Translations under genes and position numbers: made by a program
Notes under the pieces: model-generated
Seen by the model: the letters and a program-made list of their open reading frames with translations, nothing else
Told to the model about the DNA's origin: nothing
Databases searched by the model: none
Part shown: positions 63,902 through 64,000 of the stretch, in pieces
How the letters are laid out: the number at the start of each line of letters is the position of its first letter
How positions within the stretch are numbered: position 1 is the first letter of the stretch
Assembly (NCBI RefSeq): GCF_020745735.1
Contig: NC_083409.1
Location: forward strand, 85,022,048-85,086,047
Length of the DNA stretch: 64,000 bases
Source of the DNA: Hemiscyllium ocellatum
Lineage: Eukaryota
Direction of reading: 5' to 3'

Positions 63902-64000
63902 CTGTAAGAAAAGAAATTGCATGTAATCATTTTGAATTATCATTCACTGACTACATGATATACATCAGATTTAGTATAAATGGGTCTTCAAACCTGCCAA

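Overview
Vertebrate genomic DNA, very likely a shark or other elasmobranch (inferred from HE1/V-SINE-type SINEs, CR1 LINEs and Penelope-like repeats). I reconstructed four protein-coding genes by hand from splice sites and reading phase: TTC22 (7 coding exons, 2843-22384, +, 553 aa), PARS2 (single coding exon, 36408-37820, +, 470 aa), TTC4 (10 coding exons, 42002-61131, +, 391 aa) and the last exon of a TMEM205-like gene (63599-63901, -). Introns and spacers are dense in CR1 LINE fragments, tRNA-derived SINEs, Tigger-like MITEs, a probable solo LTR and a tRNA-Lys pseudogene. The strongest non-genic signal is a set of Penelope-like elements (PLEs) and short fold-back derivatives. They carry minimal type-I hammerhead ribozyme motifs (CUGANGA-stemII-GAAA-palindromic stem III) from at least four sequence families with covarying stems, often head-to-head on both strands and flanked by 12-19 bp target-site duplications (TSDs). 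Other notable points: a templated copy of the TTC4 intron 7/exon 8 junction inserted into a LINE, creating a decoy 3' splice site; two insertions landing in hammerhead stem II; and two PLE copies sharing one inversion breakpoint. Repeat boundaries are approximate, family names come from motif recognition, and no searches were run.
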